Below, piece after piece: positions 34,621 to 46,047 of a stretch of DNA of 64,000 bases (its first letter is position 1; every line of letters begins with the position of its first letter). The notes below the pieces were generated by a model. That model saw nothing but the letters and a program-made list of their open reading frames with translations, made no database searches and was not told where the DNA came from. Location: NCBI RefSeq assembly GCF_006345805.1, contig NC_043001.1, forward strand, positions 72,230,001 to 72,294,000, given 5' to 3'. The translations under genes were made by a program, and so were the position numbers. Source of the DNA: Octopus sinensis (lineage: Eukaryota).

Positions 34621-35755
34621 AAATTGGGCTTCTTTCAGTTTCCATCTACCAAATCTATTAACAAGGTATTGGTTGGCCTGTGGCTATAGCAGATAGTTAA
34701 CTGAGGTGCCACACATGCAGTGGGACTGAACCAAGAACCATGTGGTTGGGAAGCAAGCTTCTTCCCTGCAATAAAAAAGAAAAAAATTAGGGTAAACTTA
34801 GATCATTTTAATACAGGAAGGTTGTAATATAGATTCAGTGGCTGTCTTGGGCAGGCTGGGATTAAAAGGGTTAATGTATCCTCTGGTTGATATTATGTTA
34901 CTAAGTCACCATTTCATCTCATTTGGAAAATGGTGCTTCCACAAAAGGTCATAGATTCTTTATTTCCCACAGAAGTGACTCCCATCCCACCTTTCATTAT
35001 CAATAACACATAATTAATAATAAATTAGCCATTACATCGTTACTGAAATATTCATTATTTCTAATCTAGAATTTTTTGTCATTTTTTCAATTATTTTCCA
35101 TCTTGTAATTTCGTCTGTTTACATTCATTACAATCATGTTTCTTTTGTTTGTTGGTTTTTTTACCCAAAATGTCATACAAAATTGATTTGGTTTAATATA
35201 TCTACAACCATAATAATGATGATGATAATAATATTAAATGTAAAGGCAATCAATGCAACATTCCTCAACCATTAGTTTCTACTCTACAAAATCAAGGAGT
35301 TGCTGTGTCATCACAGCTTGAAGGGTTGGTCACAGCTGGATTTTTTTTTTATGGCATGGCTGGTTCTAGGTTCAGTACCACTGTGTGGAACCTTGGGCAA
35401 GTGTCTTCTACTATAATCTCAGGCCAACCAAAGCCTTGTGAGTGGATTTAGTAGATAGAAACTGGAAGAAGCCCGTCATATGTGTCTGTTTACATCCCTG
35501 TAACTTAGTGGTTCAGTAAAAAAGACTGATAGAATAAGTACCAAGACTGACAAAAAAATAAGTACTGGGGTTAATTCATTTGACTAAAAAATTATTTTTT
35601 CATGCTTTCTTGGAGTAAGCAGACATGAAATAACAGTTGCTACCTGAGGACAAAAATCATGTTACACAGTGTTATTTGTAAACTCTAAAACATTCCTCTT
35701 ATTTTGGTCTTTCCTTTTCGTTAAGTTAATTTTATTTCTTTATCTTTCATTTCAG

Positions 35756-35871
35756 ATCCAACATTAGAAGCTGTAAGTGTGAAAGTTGAAGCACCAGCCG
35801 CTGCTGCGGTAGATGCAGCAGCTGAAGACGCCGGTGATGAAGAATCAAATGTTCCTTATTTTGATATTTAA
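35756..35871 (+). CDS. ATP5PF: ATP synthase coupling factor 6; terminal coding exon 3
   Basis: Long polypyrimidine acceptor ...ctttcatttcag at 35755, phase-compatible. Encodes (D)PTLEAVSVKVEAPAAAAVDAAAEDAGDEESNVPYFDI-TAA. Confidence 0.88.
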
Positions 35872-35943
35872 ATATGAAATAACTTAGGAAACAAATTTTT
35901 TTTTTCTTTTGATATAGTCTTGTTGAAATGAGTGAAACATCCA

Positions 35944-35949
35944 AATAAA
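35944..35949 (+). terminator. Candidate polyadenylation signal of ATP5PF
   Basis: AATAAA about 70 nt after the stop, followed by a U/GU-rich tract. A second AATAAA lies near 36048. Confidence 0.55.
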
Positions 35950-36729
35950 AGGAACAGTTTTGTATTTCTTTTGGGAGAGAATCCTTAAAGGAGTTGTAGA
36001 AAGTCTATGTTCAATCACAGATGTTGGTGTTCCATGTTAATTACAAAATAAATGAATTTTACATTAATTTGGCTGTGTTTTTATTATTTTTTTAATATAT
36101 CTTTAACATTTTATGTGCAGATGTGTGGTTAAGCAGTTTCTTCTAAACCATATAGTTTCAGGTTCAGTCCCACTGTGTAGCAGCTTGGGAAAGTGTTTTC
36201 TACTTTAGCCCTCATGCTGACCAAAGCCTTGTGAGTGGATTTGGTAGATGGAAACTGAAAGAATTCCATCATTTGTGTGTTACACTCTTTATTTTGACAT
36301 TGTGTGATGGTCGTAAATCAGTGTCACTGTCATAAAAACAGCATCCTTTGTTTTCAATCCTGTGTGAAAATGTCTAGCAGTGGGGTAATATTACTTTACT
36401 TGGAAACAGGGAAGGGTTGGCAACAAGAAGGGCATTCGGCCATAGAAAATCTGCTTCACTGAATTTTGTCTGATCTATGCAAGCAAGTGGGCATTAAAAC
36501 AGTTAATATGATGATGATATTTTAACATTTTTAACACTTATTGGATAATCAAATTAATCAATCAGTCTGCTGTTTTTGTGCCAGAGAGATGAAATATGAT
36601 ACATTGTTCTAAGAATGGCCAGATTTGTCTGGTTAATTAATAGTAATTATATCGACCATTTGATATTTAATTTTCAATACAGTCTGGCTATTTTATTATG
36701 AAGTTCTTTAACAGTTATTAGAAGCACGG

Positions 36730-37258
36730 ACATGGCTGTGTGGTTGAGTTTGCTTCTCAGCCACATGGTTTTGAGTTCAGTCCCATTTTGTGACACCTTG
36801 GACAAGTATCTTATACTAAAGCCTTGTGAGTAGATATGGTAGACAGAAACTAAAGGAAGCCTGTTTGTGTGTGTGTATATACCTTTTTTTTAAAATATTT
36901 TTTACTTGTTTCAATCAGACTGTGGCCATGCTGGGGCACCACCTTAAAGAAATTTTTTGTGGAATGAATCAACCCCAGTTTTTTTTTTTTAGCCAAGTGC
37001 TTATTCTATTGATCTCTTTTTCCAAAACTGCTAAGTTATAGGGATGTAAACACACCAGCACCTGTTGTCAAGCAGTGATGGTGAACAAAGACATACATAT
37101 ATTATGTGACTGGCTTCTTTCAGTTTCCATCTACCACATCCTTTCACACAGTTTTGGTAGGCCCAAGGCTATTGTAGAAGACACTTACCCAAGGTGCTAT
37201 GCAGTGGGACAACCCAGAACCATATGGTTGGGAAGCAAGCTTCTTACCACAGTCACAT
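36730..37258. mobile_element. Two SINE copies in inverted orientation (+ 36730-36870; - 36900-37258)
   Basis: The head of the + copy is reverse-complementary to 37108-37255. Confidence 0.8.
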
Positions 37259-38999
37259 CATAATCACATTCAACCTCCATTTCCCATGCTGGTATGAGCT
37301 AGATGGTTTGACATGATCCTGCAAGCTGCAGTGTCAGCTTTGGCATGGTTTCTATAAATGGACACCTTTCTTAATGCCAACCACTTTATAATGTGTACCG
37401 ACTACTTTTTATGTGGAATCAACTATAGTGAGGTTGCTAAATAACTTTCCAGACAAGAAAAGACCCCTTTGACTGAGAGGGGGAGAATATTTCATGCCAG
37501 ATATTGAGAGGCTAAAGTATGAGAGAGGGATATGCACAGGTGTTTTGCTTGAGAAGAGATACATGGTTACCTAGCATTATACAAGGATGGATGGAAGTTT
37601 CTGAGGAGATCAAAGATGGTAGTGATGAGAATCCAGAGCAAGCTCTCAAGGTACAAGAAGGTGAGCATAGGAAAGAAAACAGACAGTGGAGATAGGATGG
37701 ATAGATTCATAAGAGTCAAGGGAGAGTAACATGGTTAGAGCTGGGGTGGTGTAGAGGGAAAAGTAATGAGTGATGAACTAGTGTGGTGCAACTGATGGGA
37801 AATACCAGTGTGGATTGGTGGGCAAGATGAGAGATATGGAAATGACTCACAAAAGAGGATATATCAGAAAGTAGTTAGATGATGTACAAGGTGTAGGAGT
37901 GGTAGGGTGAGAGAGAGACATAGAGGTACATTAGGGAGGCTTTAGTGAGTGGGGCAAGATGGTAGATATGAGAGGACATTGAGAGTGATAGCAGATATGA
38001 ACTGTATTTGCAGGTGTGGTAGGAAACTTGCTTTCTAAGCACATGTTTCTAGGTTCAGTCTCACTGCTTGGCACCTTGGATGAGTGTCTTCTAGTATAGC
38101 CTTGGGCTGACCAAAGCCTTGTGAGTCGATTTGGTAGATGGAAATCTGGAAGAAGCTTGTTATATATATGTGTGTGTGTCTGTGTTTGTCCACCACCACT
38201 GCTTGATAACCAGTGTTGGTATGTTTACGTCCCTGTAACTTAGTAGTTTGGCAAAAGAAACTAACAGAATAAGTAGCAGGCTTTACAAAAAAAAAAATGG
38301 TTTTGGGGTCAATTCATTTGACTAAAAATTCTTCAAGGTGGTGCCCCAGCATGGCTGCAATCTAATGACTGCAACAAGTAAAAGATAGCAGAAGAGAGGA
38401 AGATATAAAAGAAGGCACAGAAAGAAGCTGATCAGTGTAAACAGTGTGAGAAAGAATAAGAATGAGGGATGGGAGTGATTCCAGGGTAAGGAGGTAGGTG
38501 ATAGTGCAAAGAATAGTTGGATTTAATATGTCTACTCACAAGTGATTACTGCCAACTGGGTTGTGCTGTAGATGGAGGAGGGATAGGTGCAGCAGCAGGG
38601 AGCAACATGTATAAACATAAAATCTTTTAGGACAGATCTGCAGTACAGTATATCATCAATCATCTCACACACCCATATGTGTGTGTGTGTATTTATGTTG
38701 CCTGGTCTTGACATCATGTGGTAGTTGTAAAATGATTGACACTGTCATACAGCAGTGTCAATCTTTTTCTAATATTCAGTGAAAGCATATCTGACCCTGG
38801 GGATATATTACATTGTTTGAAAACGAGAGTTGGTGACAGGAAGGGTATCTAACCATTGAAAATCTTCTTCAATAAACTCCTGACCCATGCAAGAATAAAA
38901 AAGTGGATGTTAAAAAGATAAGAATGTTGACAAGTTCTATAGCAGTTGTATGAGTTGTTATCATTCTAGCAACTTCATAACAATGTTCTGTATTCTAGA

Positions 39000-39215
39000 A
39001 GGTGGTAAGCTGGCAGAGCCATTAGCATGCTGGACGAAATGCTTAGCAGTATTTTGCCTGCAGCTACATTCTGAGTTCAGATTCTGCCAAGGTCAACTTT
39101 GCCTTTCATCCTTTCAGGATCGATAAATTAAGTACCAGTGAAATTCTGGGGTTGTTGTAATTGACTCATCTCCTCCCCCAAAACTTCAGGCCTTGTGCCT
39201 ATAATAGAAAGGAAT
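39000..39215 (+). mobile_element. Second SINE family with a Deu/Nin-like central domain
   Basis: ggtggtaagctggcag...aggtcaactttgcctttcatcctttcaggatcgataaattaagtaccag. Other copies lie at about 12590 (-), 30065, 44905, 57090 (-) and 58730-59300. The domain assignment is recalled, not searched. Confidence 0.7.
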
Positions 39216-40321
39216 GATCTGTATTCTAGAGCTGTGTGAAAATAGTTGTTCAGATCATCGTTGTTGCCATCATCACTGATATTTAACTTTCATATTCCAT
39301 GTTCAGAGATTACTAGAACTAATTTTACATTGTTATTTCAAGTCCATCCTGTTCCGGCAAATAATCAGCTAAATTACACTTCCTTCCCTCAACATTTGGC
39401 TCCAGTCAGTCAGTTACTAAGTAGCAAGGAAAATGTAAATATGGCTGCTTAGTTAGTGGGAAAAGGCAGGCAGTGCTTATGATTGTTTTCAGGACCTTCA
39501 AGATTTGATGGGAGAATGAGAGGAAGATAGTGTTCAACCTGAATACTTGTAACAGAATAAACTCCACTAAAGGAACCCAAGAAACTGGGTGACACACTAA
39601 ACTTTTTGTTACCATATATCTGTTGAAAGACACTGCCTTTTGTTTCAATTAGTAATGAAAATAACTATCATTATTAACCATTTGATATCAAGCCACACAA
39701 GACCACCTCTGTTCATCATCATCATCATCATTTAACATCTGTTTTCCTTGTTGGCATAAGTTGGGCAGTTTGGCATCATTGTCTGTCTTGGCATGGTTTC
39801 TACAGCTGGATGCCCTTCTCAATGCCAACCACTTTACAGAATGTACTGGGTGCTTTTTATGTGACACCAGCACCAATGCTTTTTACATGGCATCAGCAGC
39901 GTTTTTTTTTTTTTGTTTTGTGGTACCAGCACTGACTAGGTCACCAAGTACCTTGCAAGACAAATCCCCTCAACTAGGAGTTGGGAGTAGTATTGAGGGG
40001 GGTGTCGTTTTGTGCTAGTCGTGAGATTAATGCTATAGGCTATAGAGGGACACAAATAGGCGTCTTGCTGTAGATACATGGATACCCCATTTGGAAGAGA
40101 TAGGAGAGTGAATCTTAGAGTAAGATAAAGACAGTGGTAGTGAGAGAGATGATGGTGAAGATGTTGGGATAGTGAGAATAGGTGAGATGATATAAAGATT
40201 TGGACTGGGTGATTGGGCAGAACTGAGGTGACTAGCAAATCCTGAATGTGCCGGAAAGAAGATAAATGGTTTGAGTAACATCTTTTGAAGTTGCTTTCGC
40301 CATAACCTGATGTAATTTTTC

Positions 40322-40848
40322 ATGAGGACTGATCAAAAAATATTGGGACTGTTGTTATGGTAACAGAGTTAAAGCACACAGAATTAATCTCTGTTGCATA
40401 TGTACACTAATCTATAATGTTCTTGCTTACTTCTGTTGCTCATAGCAGTGCTTGGGAGCAAAGTGTGATCATCTCAAAAACAAGATCAGGTTTCAGCTGT
40501 GCAGGATCCCTTCGATTGTATTGAGAAAGACAAAAACTTTTTGAAAACAGTTATAACAGATGACCAACTGTGAGTCTATGACTTTCACCTTGAAACCAAG
40601 GCAAAAATCAAATCCCACTTGAAAGGAACAAGATTTCAAAATGTCAAGGAAACCCAGGAGAATCCAACAAGGCCATAGGTTGCTATCTCAAAAAAGGAGT
40701 TCCAGGAATGCTTCCATCAATAGAAATGACACTTGATAAAGTGTGTGGCTTCAGAAAGGGACTAATTTGAAAGATATCAAATACTGAATTGATATGTGTT
40801 GTTTTCTTTTTATAGCACCAGTCTCAGCAATTTTTGATCAGACCTTAT
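40322..40848 (+). mobile_element. Internally deleted mariner-type element with both TIRs
   Basis: TIRs gaggactgatcaaaaaatattgggactg / cagtctcagcaatttttgatcagacct. The interior encodes remnants KTVITDDQL*VYDF..ETK and KSHLKGTRFQNV...EFQECF..*..CVAS. Confidence 0.8.
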
Positions 40849-42299
40849 ATATGCAGTGCACTTTAAGTTTTTGTCTACAAAAGTCCGCTCACAAAACTTT
40901 GGTTGGCCTGGAGCAATAGTTGAAAAACCTTACTCAATATGCCATGTTGTAGGATTGAACCCAAAATTATATGGTTGGGAAGTAACCCCTTAAGCACATG
41001 GCCTGTGCATGCTCCTGTGTATAACAAAATTATGCATGATTTTTCCAAGACACTCCCTCATTAATGACAGTTTTCTTTAACTTATTCTGACAGAAAGTAC
41101 CATTTTTCAATCTGTACCCATCTGAGCTTTACTATTTTGGAGTGCTGATGTGGTTTATAGTAGGACTCAAATCCTGAGAATTAAATATTTTGGTCATAAG
41201 AATAGTATAGTAATAGTAACTGAATGCCATACTTTGGGATCTCAACTTTTCCATGGAATAGTAAGGACATTGTCTTGTGCATTTTTTAGATTTGGCAGGA
41301 CCTATGCCCATTCAAGTCTGACCATAGCTGATTTCTTCCAGAAGAGAGAAAAAAAAGAAAAACTGAGCACTGCTAGTAGAGGACTAGTACTTTATTGACC
41401 CTCAAAAGGAGGAGAACAAAGTTGATCTCATCAGGATTTGAACTTGAAGCATAGGGAAACAGGATAATAATTGCAAAACAATCTATCTGATGCATCTATG
41501 ATTCTGCTAATCAGCCATCTAGTGGCAGAATACCAACTGGTATGTTAAAACTGACACACCTAATCTGTTTGTAAATGTAGATTGAGGTTAAAAATCAAAA
41601 ATATTTTCTAATAAATGTTTGTAGCTTAATATAAATATAAGCATTTCATAAAATATTTTCTTTCAGTAGCTTCTGTGATGGTTGAAATGATGTAAAAAAA
41701 AGTTTGAATTTCTCTTAATTTGACACTGAGCCAGAGTTAAACTTCATTTAAGTTATACTTCATTTTGTTCATATTTTAAGCATTTATTAGAAAAGTTACA
41801 GTGAAAAGATGAAAAGACTAACTCTATCCTACATAATATATATATATATATATATATCCTTCCTATAATTTACATACATACACACACATTAACAAAAATG
41901 GAGTGAGCATTCTGTTGATGTGGTCATCCACTCCAGTCATGGTGCTGAGGTTGTTGGTGCTTCTGCCAGTACCATCATATATATATATATATATATATAA
42001 TATATATATATATATATTATATATATATATATATGTGTGTGGTGTGTGTGTGTGTATATATAAAGATAACTTAAGGTAACTTAGATATGTTTTGACCAAA
42101 GATTGGTCCAGGCAATGTCTAACTTAATAGCACCATCTGATAGGATTTGCTAAATCCTTTTAAAGTCAAGTTTTGTGGTATCATGGCCCTTTCAAATAGG
42201 GAGTTCTTGTTGAGTGAGTTGTATTCAGGTATATGTGGTTTATCTGGTATCCTTTGAAGAAAAGTTTCGAGATTCCATTTGAAGGTGATGGGATCCTTT

Positions 42300-42910
42300 T
42301 CCTCTTTGATCTATTTTGGGACAATGTTAAATAGGACAGGGCCTGCTGAGGAAAAGAGATTGTGTTGCAGTATATTTATGCGTTTTGATCCTGAATTGGG
42401 TAGGGGATGTATGGCCTGCAGTCCTAGCCTTGGATGAATTCTGAAACTAATGTTTAGGTCATTTCGGCAATGCTGGTAGTATATTCACCACATCGTGCAA
42501 ATGATGTACTATTCACAGAAATGCTGGAGAGATTAAAGCTTCAATGCTTTAAGACGGTCCCAATAATCAAGATCAATCATGCCCCTAATTCTTTTAGTGA
42601 ATGCCCTCTAGAGTGATTCAACTTTCGGAATGTTTTCTGTGAGGAAACCACAGGGAGCAACAGCATACAAGGTATGGCTGTACAAAGGAGGAAAAAAGAG
42701 GAATGATGAAACCTTGTTCTCTGAACTGGAAGGTTCTTAGGATCCAGGAGCTCATCCTACGAACTACATCGATCTTATTGTTGATGTGGGCACTCCAGCT
42801 GAGATTGTTGTCAACAATTACTCCTAGGTCTCTGATATTATTAGATACTGTGAGTGGTTCCCCTGAAGGAAGAGAATATGGTTGTTTTCGCATAGTCTTT
42901 TTTCCAAAAT
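42300..42910 (-). mobile_element. CR1/L2-group LINE RT fragment
   Basis: ORF 42618-42893 reads IRDLGVIVDNNLSWSAHINN...WILRTF...LFSSFVQPYLVCCCSLW. Confidence 0.85.
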
Positions 42911-43649
42911 GCCTCTGTTCGAATTTTCGTTCGTTTAGTCACATTTTGTTTTTGCTTGCCCACATATGTGTGTGTGTGTATTGTTGACGTCAAAAAAAGA
43001 ATTTTACAAACTTTCAAGAAAACGTCAATTAATTCTTTGTTTTTGGAATGTCTCGAAGCACATATATAAAGCTATAAATGATAGCATGTAAATGTTAGGT
43101 TGAAAGTCTGGGTACATACATTCATTTGTTAAGTTCATATTGGATCTGCAGAAGAAAAACAAAACGAATATTAGTATAACTTTATGGCCACCTTGAAGCA
43201 GTGTAGCCTAGTGGTTAGTGTTGTACTCACAATTGCGAGATCGTGGTTTCAATTCCCTGACCAATGTGAATTGTGTTTTTGAGCAATACATTTCATTTCA
43301 TGTTGCTCAAATCCACTGAGCTGTAAATGAATAATTCTGTAACGGACTGGAGGAATGTTACAGAGTTAACAGAAGTTACAGGGAGACTCAAGAGCCGAGA
43401 GTTTCGTACGTTGGCACTTATGAAACTGGTCTGATAAGTTTAATAAGTGCATGAAATTTAATAAGTCCTTGAGTCGCTCTAACTTCTACTGATTATTAAT
43501 AAAAAAACGTATATAAAACTGATGTTTTGATTTCTTTTTCTTTTCGAATGCAAGCATCTAATAAATATATATTTTATTAGAATATAACACAGATGTATAT
43601 GATACATATATAATACAAAACCACATTAAAAATATTAATCCAAAACCGG

Positions 43650-44300
43650 GCTAAAAAAATGGGATGAGTGAAACAAGAAAAGAAACACAAAGGAAAGCAA
43701 AAAAGGTTAAAAACACTAATTGCCTCAATTGGTCGCACACCACAAGGTTCAACACGTTAGTGGCATTATCACAGCGATGTTTCTCGTCTGTATCATCAAA
43801 CCTAGATACATATGGACATACACGCGACTCGAAGAACGAGACGGTCGCTGTAGGTGTGCATAAAGAACTCTTCAATGAAATAAGAGAATATTAGTCAGCT
43901 GTAAAGAGAGAGAGAGAGAGAAAGAGAGGTGGGGAGAGAGAGATTGTTGGTGCGCTGTTGGTGGGTGGTATAACAGATAATTATTAAGTAAAGCACAGAT
44001 GAGAGTATAGACGCTCCAAACTGTATAGATTTGATCTGATTACCAGAGGATATGTTACCATTCAGCTGATTCCATGTCGGAAGAAGGAATTCTGTAGGTG
44101 TGTAAAAGAATATTGTTATATTTACATGCTTTTTCATTCATGCAGACGAGCTTTTAGCGTAACTTGTTTTTATTTCACATTTCCTTAAATATCTTTCATT
44201 ATCATGCTCTGCCTGTTCGCCACAGTAGTAAAGACCTATCAATCCAAAATATATAGAGAGCTATTTAATGAACATTGGATGGAAATTTTTTTGTAAGGTA
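43650..44300 (+). promoter_or_regulatory. CpG-enriched unique region; candidate promoter/first non-coding exon of ZDHHC23
   Basis: Non-repetitive and CpG-richer than its flanks, with candidate donors TAG|GTGTGT near 44098 and AAG|GTACGG near 44297. The ZDHHC23 ATG exon has an acceptor, so an upstream exon is needed. Confidence 0.3.
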
Positions 44301-46047
44301 CGGCATGTATGAATCGTTAATTTGCTCGTGTTTCTCTAGCTAATGTTTGTATCATTGCTATGATAATTATAAAAAATTACGATACACCACAATTTCTGGT
44401 TTTAGTGTATCTTTACTATTTTTTATTTAGTTTAGCAAATATATACTATATATTCATATTTATTTCACACTTATATAAGGAGTATGTTTAAGTGAATGTA
44501 TATATTTGTTTACATAAGAAAATCGTATATATTAAATACGAAATTATTGCAGTCGTATTTAATAAACCAAGTCAATTGATTCTTTTCATTTGATCCACTC
44601 CGATCGTAAACAGTCGTTAATGACAGGGATGATGATTGAACAGAAATTGATCTGGCTATAGTAAAACTTCATTGTAAAGGATTTTTCACCTAAAAACGTT
44701 TACAAGATTTTATCTTAAAGTAATGCACACACCGGAAATATTGTTGCATTTCAGGTGTTGCTTTGCGTTGAAATGCTTTCAGTGTTATCTGTTTCATAGC
44801 GCGAAAATAATTTTTTAAAATATAAAATATATGAATGTTGTAGAGGTTGCTTACTTCGCGGAATATCTACGGATCCAGTTAGTTATTATATTATACCTTA
44901 GAGGAAGGCGGCCAGGTGGCAGAATGATTACCACACCGGACCAAGTACTTAGTATTTCGTCTGCCTCTATGTTCTGAGTTCAAATTCCGCCAAGATCGTC
45001 TTTGCCTTTCATACTCTGGGGAAATCGATCAAATAAGTATCAGACAAATACTGGAGTCGCTGTAATCGATTTACCCCTCCCCTCAAAACCTAGTAGCTCT
45101 CTGCCAAACTTTGAAACTATTATTATACTCCAGAGTTGTAGGACAACTATGAGGTCGTTCTGCCGCCAAGAAATAACAACCAGATCCTTTCAAAAGTCTC
45201 ATCAAACCCTACTTACTACATGACGGTGTTGTTACAGTTGAATCGTTTTCGATAGTAGGTTACTGAATAATCTTGTTGGAGTCACAACAATAGCCAAACG
45301 CTCGATACGATTTCTTTGTATTGACATGAATACTTAATATTTCAGAATGTTTTCTAATCACGAATGATTTGCCTTCAATCATAAACTGGCGGAATTTCGG
45401 ACCATGCATTCACGTATTTCACCTTTAACTTTGTTAAATACATACATAGTTTTGTGGAGAAGAATTGTACTAACTAATAGCCGTCCTTTGAAGTCTTATA
45501 CTTCTTTGGAAAGTGATAGTTGAAGCAAAATGAAAAAAAAAATTACAATTTGGGGGGATTAAAATAATGTCAGAATCGTATCTCCACGATGTGAAACTCA
45601 GGAATACTAAGACAAAAATCCCTATTCCGTCTCACAATGTATGGGATTCCAAAAGACAATTATTCTAAAACTACACCAAAGGCGGAGGTGGGGGTCTCTG
45701 TCCTATCTTTTTCAAAGATAGTTTTTGGATTTTATTATTTTGAGCATCAGACATTTAGGATCCACAAAAATATCTTATCATAAGTTACTTTGAAAGATAT
45801 TTTTCTAACCAGTTAATTAAAGTATTGTGTAAAGATTTACTATAGACATCAAAAATTGTTAATTATAGTTTTCATTGGACACAGATATCTTTGTAAATAT
45901 TATTTATCATTTACTTTCTCTTCTATTTCCATTTACTAATTATCTTTAGATTCCTTTATTACAATGTTGGTTTGATTGATAAGCTTCGAAGCCTCTGGAG
46001 GTCTGATTTCTACATCACTGTTTTGATTTCAGGATATTGCTCTTTTA

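Noticed and set aside
42985-42992. Perfect CRE palindrome TGACGTCA
   Set aside because: A single 8-mer at a repeat junction is expected by chance in 64 kb.
43651-43910. Strong-looking minus-strand acceptor (CT)n-TTTACAG and adjacent small ORFs on both strands
   Set aside because: All three frames stop within 9 codons of the AG, the pyrimidine tract is just a (GA)n microsatellite, and the ORFs lack homology.
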